From: Amphiscolops sp. MND2022
Lineage: Eukaryota
Assembly (NCBI GenBank): GCA_964187785.1
Contig: OZ076409.1
Location: forward strand, 5,148,001-5,212,000
Direction: 5' to 3'
DNA: 64,000 nt
Shown here: piece by piece, positions 1-14,100 of the stretch
Layout: each line of letters begins with the position of its first letter
Position numbering within the stretch: position 1 is the first letter of the stretch
The notes under the pieces: model-generated
Seen by the model: only the letters and a program-made list of their open reading frames with translations
Database searches by the model: none
Told to the model about the DNA's origin: nothing
Translations under genes and position numbers: made by a program

Positions 1-790
1 GTTTTCAAAGAAAAATCAGTATTCTCAAAATCGTGTTCTATTCTCAATCTTAATACATTAACTGAGAATGTTCGTATGAAGATTGCCGATTTCCTTCAGA
101 CGCGTGAAAACTAAAGGCCTCAAAGTTTGCTTGAGCAATCAATAGACACAGATGGGTTGGAAGATAATGAAAAAAAAAACAAATCGAAATTGTTTCTGAA
201 GGACATAAAAATGAAAACTAATATCCGAAACGACAAATCAACTTCATTCACAAAACTGTTATTGTCCACCATCACAAACTCATTTGTGTAGAGGGAGAAA
301 AATTACCATCGGAGTTGTGTTTTTTTTTCCAAATTCTGCCAAAAGTTCACTCAGTGATAAAATCCATTAAGTTATTAAGTTACTTGAGTAAAATGGGTAA
401 TTTAGTCACAATTGGCTGTGATTTCGAATCCTAACTGGAGCGTGAACTTTTTTCTACTTTCCCAGACCGACAAACTTTTTGCTTATTTGAGTAGTGTGGC
501 GGACTTTCGAGCCTCGCCTTTGCCATTAAATTTAAAAAACTTTCCTCTGAGACCTCATTAAATAGCTGGGAGCCTGTAATTACACGTTCATGTATGAAAG
601 TGTTTTCGAAAGCTCGAATGATAGCTTATACTTCATTTGGTTCATTTTGAACAGTTTTATTACACTTCTTTTCTGTATGGAAACAATTCAATCTTCTATT
701 TCAATTCAAGGCCTGCAGGTTGCAACTATCAATCATTATTTCATTTTTTAAAACCTACTCGTCCAGTGTTGACCTTCCATGGATATTTTA

Positions 791-3700
791 CACTCTTGTT
801 TGTAGCAACCGAACCAACACGTAGTTCGTACATGCAAAATGCAAAAGTGAACGCTCGATTTGCGCGCTAATTAAACACCTGCCAAAAAACGTTGACAAAT
901 ATTTCATTAGCAATGTTTATTACCTTTCAAACTCTTAGTCTTAGAATTCACGTATTCTGAAAGCATTGAAATTATGGGTCCGAGGAAAACCAGTGATGAA
1001 GCCAGAAAAAAAGGTCATTCAGAAATTGCTTCAAAACTTTTCGGAATCGAAAATTTCGAACGACCTTTCAGACGCAAAATCTTTTGTGCATCCTTTATTT
1101 CATCGAAAATTTATGAAACTAATTGAAAATACGAGTATCAAAACATAACATTCCAAATCTCCGAGAATTATGGACAATTATTCCAACTGAATTTTTCAAA
1201 ATTCCGGACAGTTTTATCAAGAATTGGTTTGATTCAGTCCCAAGAAGAATTGATGCCGTTATCAAGAACAAAGGCCATTCGATACGAACTGAAAACTCTT
1301 CAAAACTAAATATTAACAAGACGCCCGCTGAGCAGCGGGATATTTTCCGCCCCGAACTGTTCTACAACTACATAAGTTTGAGGCTCAAGAATAAGCCAAT
1401 GCACTATAAAAATGCCAATAAGTTCGAAGAAAAGAAAACTTTGATTCATCGTACCCCATTTTAAAGGAAACCCCTAATTTATCATTTCAGAGAGCTGGCC
1501 ACTTTTCGTTTTTTTTCGGCACTATGCGACTTACCGACAAAAGAGAAAGTTTTCAATAAATTTTTTGAAAATAATTTTTTAAAAACAATTTTCAAAATTT
1601 TTAGTTTTCGAGTTTTTCTGTAAAGGAAACAAGTTTCCTGAGTCTTGAGGGTGACCTCTTGGTTACTTTTGATCACGTGGAACTGATGAGTTTTCTTCTT
1701 GATTGTGGGAATTACCTCATTTAAGTTTTTTTCGACTCTGTACCTCTTTCCGAAACTTTCATTTGGTCAAAGTGTACCCCTTGCTTTCATAGCACATTTC
1801 GGCTTGAGAAAAGCAGTTTCGCGAGCTGAAACTCGTTTCGCAATAAATGGTAAAAGGGAAAATGGTAAAAGCTTGAACTTAGGTCTGTTTCAAAGTTAGG
1901 AAAGTTGAGCGATCCCGGTTTGTTATATTATTGTAAATTGTTTCACCAGAAGTGTCAAAAATTGCAAATAGTTTTGACAACTTTAGGGTCAATTTGAGGA
2001 ACTTTTCGAACATGAATCTACAGATGTCTCTTCAAAAATAAGCCTACTGGACACCGAGTTTAGCTGTTGTTGAAGGTTTACACCATTCTAACCCACGAGT
2101 AGCTCGAAACATCTTTCTTAGGAAGATGTACTCCATATCTAGTGAATTTGCTTGGAGGTTTATGAATGACAAATATTGGACAAATGAGGTTGAAATTTAC
2201 GTTTTCAAGTAAAGTATTTGAAAGTTGTGCAATAAACTTGTCAGATATCTTTTTGGAACACTACCGGTAGCTAGACGTTTCAATCCTGAGCCTATGATAT
2301 TTCTGATTGAAGTAAGTTTTAGGAAAGTGTTCAAAATTGGGACTATATTGTCGAAAATAAAGAAAGTTCGGAAGTTTTGACATCTTTGCTGTAAACTCGG
2401 TGAACTTCATGCCCATTTTTCTCACAATTGCGGTTTGAATACCTTATTGTTTAAACGCTGAGGTCATTGAAATTTCTCTTCCTTAAAAACTTTCATGGCT
2501 TGAACAAAAATGGGATTAGTTTGTCAAACATTGTGCTTTTTTGTTGTTTCATGGATTTTTGGCTGTTTTTGAGACCAAATCCAACAAAAATGCAGTTATC
2601 TCTTGAAAATTGCCTACTGGAGATACCCGGATTAGTTAGTGTTGAGTGTTTAAAACCATTTTATGCAAGGAAGTAGGTGAAAAAAAAACAACAAAAAACT
2701 GCCTGTAAAAAAACTTGAAAATTTTCAGTTTTTCCAAAATATTCAGTTTTCCAAGGCTCATCGAAACAACAAGTTTGCCCACGCCTTAAGCGTTTAAACA
2801 CTGTAGTCCACGAAGTCTATCGATATTTTGACAAAAAAAGGAAAAAAAGGAATTTGATAATTTTTCGAAATTTTGTCTTTTTCGATCTCGATTCCGGACA
2901 ATTTCCTATTGAAATACTGTATTTATCTCTTTTCTAAGCATACTAGACAACACTTATTTTCCTTGTTGACCTTTTTCAACGTTCCAATTGGCGAAGTCTG
3001 TCAAAAGTTTGGAAAAAATGCATGAAATCTTTGAAAATTGGAAATTTTTTGGATTTTTGTCTTTTTCGGTGTCAATTTGAGACATTTTCAATCAGAATAT
3101 TGCAATTATGTCTTCATTAAAGACTACGGGACGTACCAATTTTTTCATTGTTGACCCTTCAAAACATTCCAATCCACGAAGTCTCCAAAATTTGACGAGA
3201 AATGCGTAGAAACTTTGAAAAATGGAAAATTTAGGGACTTTTGTCATTTTCGGTGTCAATTTGAGACTTTTTTCAGTAAAAAAACAGCCATTATCTCTTC
3301 GGAAACGCCTACTGGACAACAAACCTTGTACCATGTTGATCGTTTTCAACATTCTATTCCACGAATTCTATCGAAAATTTGACAAAAACTGCTTAAAAAC
3401 GTTAAAAGTCTGGAAATTTTTGGTTTTCTTTGTCATTTTTGGGTCTTTTTCTTTCCAAAAAACCGCTTTTATCTCTTCATAAACGACTACTGGACAACGA
3501 GTTTTTGTCTTTGTGAATCTTTTCAACATTCTAATCCACGACCTTTATCGGAAACTCTATAAAAATTGCATTAAAACGTAAAAAAAATGCAAATTTTCTT
3601 TTTTGGGGTCATTTTTAAGTTATTTTGGGGTCATTCTGGGGTCCTTGGGGTCAACTAAAAAAGTCCGGAAATCTCCACAAATACAATTCGCACGAAGCTA

Positions 3701-3914
3701 AATTTATGTGAGCTGAATTCTATGGGTGAAACCCTTTAGCTTTGATATAAATAAATTCTTGGCAAATTTTGTAAAAAAAAACCCGTTCGATTTAAATATT
3801 TTCCTTTCCCATATGAAATATGGGCGGAAAATAATAACATAGTTTTCTTATTACTGTTGTAACTTCTATAACTAAAGTATTCTTAAAACTGGTTCGGTTG
3901 CTACAAAAATAGTG
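791..3914 (+). mobile_element. Internally deleted Tc1/mariner element, interrupted by the insertion at 1316-3833
   Basis: Left end ta|cactcttgtttgtagcaaccgaacca and right end tggttcggttgctacaaaaatagtg|ta are inverted repeats with TA on both sides. Internal remnants are an N-terminal HTH-like stretch (975-1115) and a Tc1 C-terminus (LRELWTII...IPDSFIKNWFDSVPRRIDAVIKNKG, 1123-1290). No DDE core is seen. Confidence 0.8.
1316..3833 (-). mobile_element. Helentron/DINE(HINE)-like non-autonomous element, family A, with an internal degenerate tandem array of roughly 180-bp units
   Basis: Subterminal inverted repeats tattttccgccc / gggcggaaaata; terminal hairpin cccgctgagcagcggg; partial inverted repeat at the other end; inserted between two A's with no TSD when compared with the empty site near 4190-4205. 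Units with ctactggac...ttcaacattctaatccacga recur over about 1930-3560. Confidence 0.7.
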
Positions 3915-3998
3915 TATACCATTGTTGGATCTTAGCAAGACAGGCGTGTCTCCTAGAAAAATCGTACAAAGAAACGCAAAATGACCAGATTAGCCTGG

Positions 3999-4361
3999 AA
4001 CTAATTGAAAATACGAGTATCAAAACATAACATTCCAAATCTCCGAGAATTATGGACAATTATTCCAACTGAATTTTTCAAAATTCCGGACAGTTTTATC
4101 AAGAATTGGTTTGATTCAGTCCCAAAAAGAATTGATGCCGTTATCAAGAACAAAGGCCATTCGATACGAACTGAAAGCTCTTCAAAACTAAATATTAATA
4201 ACATAGTTTTCTTATTACTGTTGTAACTTCTATAACTAAAGTATTCTTAAAACTGGTTCGGTTGCTACAAACGAGAGTGTATACCATTGTTGGATCTTAG
4301 CAAGACAGGCGTGTCTCCTAGAAAAATCGTACAAAGAAAAGCAAAATGACCAGATTGGCCT
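3999..4361 (+). repeat. Tandem duplicate of the Tc1 3' end plus flank (copy of about 1117-1315 joined to 3834-3998)
   Basis: Near-identical sequence and ORF (4005-4226 vs 1123-); second right TIR ends at 4279 followed by ta. It lacks the 1316-3833 insertion, so it serves as an empty site. Confidence 0.9.
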
Positions 4362-6975
4362 GGCCAAGAACTGAGTACTGATAGTGAAAATGAAGTATCA
4401 TCAGAAAAAAAACAAATATTATCAATGGCAAAGTCACGCCTTTCTGGTGGAATAAGGGCCAACATCACAAAGATGTTTCCCGAACAGAAATTTGAGTTCA
4501 GATCAAGGCGTGACTTACTACATAATTTCCATCATTTACCGGCCAAAATGAAGTTTGGACAGTGACTGTCTCCGATGCCGTTTCCAGGCCAAAAAATTGT
4601 TTCTTACGGCTAATCAAGGGTCATGTCCCAAAGCGTCGAAATTCCAAACAGTCGTAAATGAAAACTTCTCTCAAGAAGCAAAAAACTGTTCATCGTGTAT
4701 TCTGATTGGTTAAAATTGAAAATCGAATTGAATTCAGTCTGTTGAAAACTTGTATCGAGCATTTTGCTGAAATGATTACAATGCCAGCTATGTTCTCATA
4801 CCCCAGTGTACTGAATTTCTTAGTGACGACACTACGACACTACTAGTCCAGTGGCTGCTTTTGACGAAGGCACCCCGAAACGGGGAAGGCCGAGTCATAC
4901 AACCTTTTTTTTCGAAATTGGTGGACATAAAAATGTTATAGAGACCTATTTTCTAAAATCGATGGTGTCAATTGTCACTAACGGAAGTGTTTTACTTGGT
5001 CGTAGATATATTTACTCGGTCAGAATCGAAATAGCCCGGATACCAATTCTAATTTTTTCACTGTTTAATTTCATATTGGAATATTGATACTTCTTTGTAA
5101 GATCTTTGTACGGCCTCTTGACTTGGTTTTCATGGCCCCTATACAGACAAAAGCGCCCTAGTCGAAAGCAACCCAATGCAAAGCGTAATGGTAATCTTCG
5201 AGTGAAACTGTTCCGAAACTGCTCCAATGGAATGTAATTTAGGCGGTGAATGAATATTATATCTCGAATTAGTGGGTATACCCGAAAAGTGGGTATACCC
5301 GAATTAGTATTCTCACACCTAATATATCCTAATTAAAAACCATTTAAACAGCTAATTTTGGCACTTCCGAAAAATTATCCACAACTTTTCCTATGTAGCA
5401 GCTTGCTAATGCATCGTTTTCGTGTGAGATCGTCATAATGTATCAACTTGAGGTGGGAAAAGTTCTCAAACCGTCAGTCGTCTTTGTTTGGGGCGCTTTT
5501 GATTGTGTATTACGGACGCTTCTGACTGGGGCGCTTTTGTCCAGTTGCCGGCAAGATATTGCCATGACAGCCAAGATACTAGTAAAGGGTCAAGGGGGTG
5601 GAAATTTGTTCAGTAGCTCAAAAGGAAAATGTTTTTCACTGAATGCTGTCGGCTAAAACTTTGTCCCTAATTTGAAATACCCTTAATAAAATCGTTCCAA
5701 GGTAAAAATTGCCTTTGGTGATGTCAATTTGCACTTTTTGGAGGAAAATTGATTGTTCAGCTATTTTCAATGCTTCATGGCTAATTTCACAGAAAAGGCA
5801 TACAGCGCTGGAAAATTCTACATGTATGTAATGTCTTGGCTTCAATGTTTTTTCAATGGCGATAAGAACTGGTGTTCATTTTGGTATCTTTTAGACCGTC
5901 TTTCCTATCCTAATTTTAATAAAGCCAGACGTACCAATTTCAAACTGACAAGACAAAAGATACACACGCTGACTTGATGGAATATTTGAAAATCAAACTT
6001 TGCAACCTCGGGGTTTTTCATCACGTCGAGAAGTCAATTTTTGTGCTCATTTTCTGGTTGTTAATTACTGTGGTAAAATTGAGAAAAAAGCTGTCAGAAA
6101 AATACAAGGTCATTTTTGTATTGCTGTAACAGTTTTTGTGCTGCAATGAAAACTAAAAACTTCTGAAAAAAAACTGAAAATTTGTCTGAATTCTGTGGCC
6201 ACAATGTTTGATGTTTCGGGACTGAAGCAAGATGGTTCACATGACACCAGGAATGTAAAAATACATACCAGAAGTTTCAATCCTAATGGACAGTAGCATG
6301 TAATTACTCTGTAGACTCGGAAGGAAATTCAGTTCACTACGATACTGCAGTTGTGATTTTAGAAGCAACAAAAAAACGAACTAAATTTGGCTCAATTGGC
6401 CTTTCGTATCTTTTACAATTCTTATCGCATGTTTTTGAAACCACCAACATATTTGCAAAATAGATAAAAATCTAAAAAACGTTTAATTTTACTTTTTTTT
6501 AAAAAAAATCACTGCTGTAATCGAAATATTTACTTGAAAAATAATGTTGAGATTTACCTCAGGTTGCTTTTTCTAGAATCACTACTGTTCTGAATGTTAA
6601 CAAGGAATCATAAATTAATCATGACTGATAAAATCATGAACAAAAATCCCTGACTGAACAACTTGGCAAAAATCGCTTGAGGTTGTCTGCTAACAGAATA
6701 ACTACAGTCCTGTGATAAAAGAATGAACCTCCTATATGGTAATAAAGTTTGGACCACCAAATGATTTACGAATTTCTCAAAATCTCACATTTTGCGAAAT
6801 ATTATAAAAACAAACGTTTTTCGGATTTTTGTCTATATAGTTGACATTGCCCCATAATTTTGAGCGCCTTACCTTCAGTAGGAGACAAGTTTGCAAATTT
6901 TGATTTGTACATGCAAAATATTGCAAATCAAGTTGCAGAGTCTAAGTACAGAGTAGAAGCTAGTCATTATTTATT

Positions 6976-7011
6976 TTTTGATATTTTTGATATTTTTGAT
7001 ATTTTTGATAT
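6976..7011. repeat. 9-bp microsatellite (tttttgata) x4
   Basis: Directly visible. Confidence 0.85.
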
Positions 7012-8061
7012 TGCTCAAGATTCCCATCATTGACCAATTACACTCGAAAATTTTGAATTGTCTCAAGTAAAAAGATAATCACAAATCTGTGATCTTGAAC
7101 CTATAATCAATGTTAATACATATACAGGAACTAATTCAGTAAAGGTTGTCGGTTTTCGTCGGAAGTGTAACTTCCAAGAACCTCAAAACTTGCCGATGTG
7201 ATAGGTGGACAGTGATGAATTGGAAAAAGAATAAAAACCTAACTAAAACTGGTTCCAAAAATCAGAACATTGGATACAACATACATAGAGAAGTGTTAAA
7301 AGCAATTTTTGCAACGTTTGTCGCAGAAGTTTGAAACAAACACGATGTTGACGTGAAGCTCAAAGACTTTTGTAAAAATAATTGAGGTGGAAATGTGTAT
7401 TGACGATAGTAATTGAATGATTTCTTGACTGTCTGTTTTGAAAGACTTTCGCAAAGTGTGACTCGAACGTACCAGTAATTATTTACAAACAGTATTCAAG
7501 ATGTCATTTGACCACTACTACACACGAATATAAACAAGATTAAATTTTAAGAATGTATACTCAGAGACATTTCTGATAATCAATAGTTTCAGGGATATGA
7601 TCCGAAAAATTGAATGTTCCAAACAATTTTATCAATTATATGTTCAATTGTTTTATCACAGGGCTGTAAATCCATACTTTAAAATAGAATTTCAATCGTT
7701 TTGATCAATTGACAGTTATGCTTTAAATCCCCATCTCCCTCAAACTGTCACGAGGATACAAAAACGATTTAAGCATCAATATGTGCTAAAATGTTAGCCC
7801 AATGAAATGATCGATGTCGATACACCTTGTCTCTCTGAATACAAGCCGTCGCTTGTAAGTTTATTCTTCAAATGGATTTGCGGCTTATATTCGACAGCGG
7901 TTTTTCTTCAGAGCGGCTTGTAAAAATAAAATTCTTTTGAAAAAAAGATCGCGTTGTTTAAGCCGGCTTTCATGTGATTTCTTTTCATGTTCAATGAAAA
8001 TGAAGAAAACCAACGAAACTTGATCACGTGATCTTTTTTTTTAAAAAAGAATTGTTTTCAG

Positions 8062-8176
8062 GCCTTTCGGATACCAGAAGAAATCAGAGGGCAAAGCGAA
8101 GGAGTTCCAAGGTTCGCTGACAGCCGAAGATTTCTACAGTTCCTGTGTCAAGAAGAAGATTCCATGTCTTTTCCAG
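8062..8176 (+). CDS. JmjC gene, first recognisable exon (PFGYQKKSEGKAKEFQGSLTAEDFYSSCVKKKIPCLFQ)
   Basis: ttttcag acceptor and cag|gttagt donor; resembles the 'F...V....P.LF' start of cupin-like JmjC proteins. Confidence 0.8.
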
Positions 8177-11100
8177 GTTAGTTCCCACATTATTCGCCTA
8201 GTTAACATGCATCAATAATCGGAGATCTGGAAGTTTCATCAAAGATTTTAATTTTCAAAATTGGAATGCAGAATCAACGCGTAAACTGAAGACTGGAATG
8301 AAAAAATCCCCAGATGATGACAATTTTCGAGCAATATCAAGTAAGCAATTGATTGTTTTTTTTTTAAAAAACAGTTATAATGTCGTCGAAAAGCTAAAAA
8401 CTTGATTGTGAGAGTCAAATAAAACGATGAACCCTGCTGTAACATTTAATTGTATATTTTGGTCGATTCTATTCTTGTTTTTCTGGCTATCTCTATGGTA
8501 CCCTAGTTGAAAAATACATCTTTTTGCAAAAATTTTCTCAAATAATTTTGTAAGATCCTGTAAGAAAATGCATCATTTGACAGTAACTTACAAGATTCTT
8601 GTAAGATTTTCTAAAATATTTTTTGAAGAAATGTTCTTGATCATACACCAGAGAATAAGTGTGTTTGCGGGATTGTGATGAACAGAGAATAGTATGTTTA
8701 AGGATGTGATGAACGGCACTGACCCGATGACTAAATGGGATGACAAATTTGTGGAGACCAGTTTTGGAAAACTCAATGTGTCAGTGGAGAGATTTCTGGC
8801 AGACAAGTCCAAAGAAAAATCCAAAGTGTCGATCAGACATTTTATCAGAAACTACCATCACAAAGAAATGTTCATCAGGTTAGAACCTCAACCCTAGTAG
8901 TTGAACTTTATTCGTTGAAACTTTATACGACTAGTTTCTGTAACCCATTACATATTTTTATAAGGAAGATTTTATAAGTGAAAATTTTATGAGGAAGACT
9001 TACTTGCATACCCTAAGTTACAAAAATCACAACTCTTGCAAAATTCTTACAAGATTTTTGAAATTTTGGTCGAAATAACACATCACATTTTTTGTAAGAA
9101 TTTCTTACCAAAAAAAGAGCATTTTTTGCAAAAATGTTACCAGAATCTTGTAAGAAATGTTCGACATTGTAACAAATTTGCAAAGTTTGCGATTCTTGTA
9201 CAAACTTGTAAGATTCTTGTAAGAAATGCAAAGTTGACGAGAATTTCGGATAAATTTTGCAAGATTTGTGATTCTTGTAACCTAGGGTTCAAACCAGATA
9301 CCTTCAATTTTATATTCCAAAAATGTGAGTCCCCAAAAAAAACAGGGAATGCAGTGAAAAAACAGTCATCAAAATTATATTTGAAATGTGTGGAAAATGT
9401 TTTCTTAAATCAAAAAACTTTTCCAATAGACGTTAACTTCCTGTAATGAAAGAAGTTTAAAACTTTTGGTGGTGTGGGGGCAGAAAAGAGCCCTTTCTAC
9501 ATGTTTTCATAAGTAGCCGCGAACTTTTATTGATTCTTAACTTTCCTTGGATAATTTTTTATTCTCAATATTTTCTCTGCTGACTCAATAATCATTGAAG
9601 ATATTATCTAGCTTTCCATGAAATTTTAGCGGGCTTTTCGAGCCTTAATGCTTTAAAACTCAAGATAACGAAATAACTCAACTCAATGAGGGTATTTCAT
9701 AGGGAACCGTTCACTTTTGGCAAAATTTATGTTTATGATTTGTAGAAAATATCACGGAATGAAAAAAAGCGACTGCGAAGTTTTTTTAGATCCAATTTGT
9801 TGCAAAGTATCAAAGCAGTCACCGTTTTTGAACCATACAACAATGTTGATTAAAAAAGTAGCGCAGTGCCGAAAAAAAGTCCTTTTGTCATTAATTTCAA
9901 AAAATGTTTTTAGGAAGTATCACAGCTCCGAAAATTGTAATTGGATATTTTAAGTAAATGACGCAGCTCCCATTGTTTATTGTAGCAAGTACCTAAAACT
10001 GTTTAGTAGAACGTACAAAATAGTTATCACATCCAATCTTTCACATTTTGAGCACTGAATGAAACTAAAATTTCATTCAAAAATACGCTTTTTTTGAAAT
10101 ATATGATAGTCTGGTATAAATTCAAATTATGTCTGTAAAAATTTCTTTAGTGACAACTGAAAATTTCTGAACACAGAAAATTCCCACAGAAGGCGAGATT
10201 CGAAACACGACTTCTTGATGTGATTTTTCCCAAGGGTTTTGACATCGCAATTTTTTCGCTAATCGCTAAGCCGCTAGTTTCAAAATCGCTATTCAGCTGA
10301 AAATCGCTTTCTTCGAGCTGCAAAACTTTTTCTTCGAATCATTAAATTAATGTTTGACTCCAAGTATGTTTTATAATTATATGATAATTTGATACAGATT
10401 TTACAAGAGAAAGGACCGATTTTTATACTGTGTACACGGGTAAGAGTTAGAATTTTTCGAAATTCATTTTGAAACTCCGTGTATTTTCCGAGGAAATTTC
10501 GAATTTGGAACACTTATTAGTTGCCATTTATTTGAATCGCTAATAAAATTGCTGAAAAATTCTGCGCGGCCGCTTATTCGCAAAATCGCTAATTAGCGGT
10601 GTAAAAACTCACGCATCAAAACTCACAGGATATGTGTTTTCTTTTCAAACATATCCCTGATTTTCTGTTCATACCATTGAAAAAATATAGGTGGCAGCGT
10701 TAATTTTTTTTATTTTAACTGCCCCTTCATGAATTTGAGTGACACTAGTTTTTCTCCGATGCTGCATTATTAAAACATTTCCGTGGGTGGCTAAAATTCG
10801 AAATGTTTCAAGTAAGCTAATCAGCAGGTTTTTCACTCCACCTTATCAGCTTTTCCATTTCTTCTCCATTTTTAATTCAAGACACTTTTTCTTAATTTCC
10901 CGAGTTGTTTCTAAATTCCGCTGCACTTGAAAGCGCAGGTGAAATTACCTGAGATTCTCATACCAACCTCAAAAATGGTAAGTATGCTTTAAAAGGGTGA
11001 ATTTTGAACAGTTAGGTCTAGAAGTTTGTTTTTTAGTCGTTTCTGGAAAACCGGCGCCAATTTAAAAAGAATTCCATCCACTTTCATACCTCCCATATTT

Positions 11101-14100
11101 GATGATCGTTTGAGTAAAAAACTAGGAGCAGGTTTTATAAAATGAATAAATTTCTAGCGCTCTTATAATTCCACTGTTCAAACATTTTTTTCGATGGCAC
11201 TCATGTTATTTTTTCGGTGGCATTTTTTCACGAGATAAATATGGTGGAACTTTATGGTGGAAAAATGGAAAAAATGAAAAAATATGGTGGAAAAAAGTTT
11301 ATAACTGGTTTTTCAAATTTTCATCAAAATTGAACGCAAAATAATGAGATTTTGTTCGGCGCAGAAATATAAAAAAATGCCAAGCAAGAAAATTGGATGC
11401 GATCTGAAAATAATATAATTGCGACAATGTTTCAAAACCCGGAAACTCACTCGTCTGATTAATTAGAAGAAAGATAACTAATTCTTTGCTTTTGAGATGA
11501 CATATTGATCTAATTAGTTCACGGAGAGATTATTTTTTGTCATGCTTGAATAATCAGGAAAGATTTTTGTACGACGTCTGCTAATTTCAAAACCTTTATC
11601 TGAACAAAAAATTAGAAATGGCAAAAGAAAATTTTTAGACATTCTTTAATTAATATCACAGGAAAACTTCCTTGATATTGAAAACTTCCACTGATTTTTA
11701 AAGGTTTTTTCAGAATTCTGATGTTAATTAGCCGCGGCAAGCACGACAAAATTGTTTCCAAATTAATGGAAGAATTTGTCTCCTTCGTTTCCGACGTCTA
11801 GAACAAGACACTTGCTAAACACCAGAATATTTGCAAACAAGTTCAAGAATGTAACTGAATATTTGTAGATTAAATATTTTTATGAAAATACTTTCTCTTG
11901 AAAAACGTCCCTGAGTTCGGATCCCACGTTTAAAAAAACATCTTTTTGAAGAATATGTTGAAAATATTTTTTTGCAAGAAATCAGTTTACCTAACAGTAC
12001 AAGCCAAAAAGTGCTTAAAATATTTGAAATAAATCAGAAATCTATCAAAAGGCTAAAAAATTCACAATAACAAACAGTTTTTTTTTCAATTTTTTTGGAA
12101 AAGTCTCATAGTGCCGAAAAAGGAACGTTCCGCTGGCAAAACTACCTTTCCTCAATTCAAATCAGCTATGAAAGCGAGGATCAACACTCAACCTCTTCCA
12201 ATCTAGGATAAAATCAAGACATTAATCAATCCCGAAAAATCTACAATTTTTCTCTCCTGATTATTTTTCTCACCCACAGCCACGCTGTTAGGAACAAGGG
12301 AAAATCAGGTAACCTTGGGTAACCAAGGGTAACCTTGGCTTCTCTATTTTCTCTATATTGAACGAAAAACGAGCCTAATTAATGCAACACACAAAGGTAA
12401 AACTATATGGGTAGACAATTTCTTTGAAAAAAGATGAAATCATTGGCAAAATGATTGGAAAGCAGTTTCATGCGTTTCTGTCGTTATAAATTCGCTCCAT
12501 AAAAAAGGAAAGTTTCATCGAAACAAACTGGTCGCTGAATCTTAAAAGATGACAATGTAAAAACTACATCTTTGACGAGTTGTTTTGAATTTTCAACTGA
12601 AATCAAACCATTCCTGTTAGTTGTAAATTTTGGCAATTTTGCAGCTATAAAATTGGATCTATCTTATGTTATACTGTGGGATACCCTTTTGAATTTTTTT
12701 CGGCACTGTGCGATTTTTTTTCGAATTTTTTTTCTCCAAAAGGTCGCCCTTCAAGATTTTTGATATTTTGCAGCACACTGAAGTTTCAAAAAGCTCAAAG
12801 GGTCTTTGCTTTCTAGTTTTTCGGCACTATGAGACTGTTTCAAAATTCTCATTTTTCGTTTTTTTTTCAAAATTTTTAAAATGTCTCCAAAGGGTCTCCT
12901 TCATTTTTTTAAAATTATTTTGCAACAAACTGGATTTTCAACAAGTCGAAAGGGCCCCCCTTTTACAATTTTAAAAACTTTGCGCTTTTTGAGCCTTGGA
13001 TATAGCGCCGATTTTAGACGTTCCCGTTTTTTTTCTGTTTCAGGAGCACAATTTTGAAAGAAATGGAAGGTGACGTTCCGATGCTACCTATGATTAACTG
13101 TGGATCAATTGGAGATTCTCTAACAGAGGTTAGCTTGTGCCACCCAATTTTGAGATTTTTCATTCAAATCTGAATAGAGGTGAGCCAAGTTCCCCGGAAA
13201 AAAAACGGGGTAGAAGGAAAAGATCGATTGTCAAACATGTATGCACCTCTTCAACGTCAATTTTAGTCGGCGCTTCATGAAGTGAAACGCGACTATTATA
13301 GTGACTCTTTTTTTCAATCCACACAAACTGAACAAAATAGTTCTCCGAAGTTCTACGAAACTTTATGGTCCCAAATCGAATTGTTTGCCGTAGCGAACTG
13401 AACCAAAAAGGGTTTTCTTCTTTTTCCGCGTAACATACCATACCGGGCGAGACTAAAGGGTTCCTTTTCCAGCTTTTTTGGCATGGTGAGACATTTTTTT
13501 TTCAAATGTGTGGAAAAGAAGTGCCCAACTTTCAAGATATTTGTATTGTTCGACTTCCAAAAACCTTTCGTTGATTTCTCTCCATTGAACATCATTGAAC
13601 GATTAACACCAGTAGTCCCTTTTGTCACTTACTAATTAGAGGACCGTTCCCAGACTTTTTTATTCAGATGTTTTGAAATAGGATAGTTTTTGATAAAAAA
13701 CGTGCTTCAGTCACTTCAGTTCTGTCAATATAATATTGACAGATGAAGACAGTTAGATACATACGGAGTTCCACTTCTTGAATGTGACGAACCAGAGAAT
13801 GCAAATTAGCAGACAGAAATATATTTATTGAAGTGTGATTTTAGTTATGCGGCCTGAAATATTATTTTTACATGAAAGAATCGATATTTGAAACATGCTT
13901 TCGATGTACATTGAAAAGCAAATAACCCTCTTTTATTTTGTACACGATGAAAACTTCAAAATTAGGCCGAAATGAACCTAAAATGATCATAGACGTACAT
14001 TGTTCTGGAAACAAAACGTTACAAAAATAGTTCAAAGTGGTCATTTTTGACAACTGGTGGAGTTTTTGACTACATTATCATAACTATAATGTTTTGCAAA

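Noticed and set aside
4368..4565. Open stretch ELSTDSENEVSSEKKQILSMAKSRLSGG...
   Set aside because: No recognisable homology or supported splice sites.
1..8061. 5' signal-peptide exon of the JmjC gene
   Set aside because: No convincing ATG plus hydrophobic stretch plus phase-2 donor was found by eye; it may lie upstream of the window.
10232..10610. Possible hAT-like MITE with cgctaa repeats
   Set aside because: Weak TIR match and no TSD identified.
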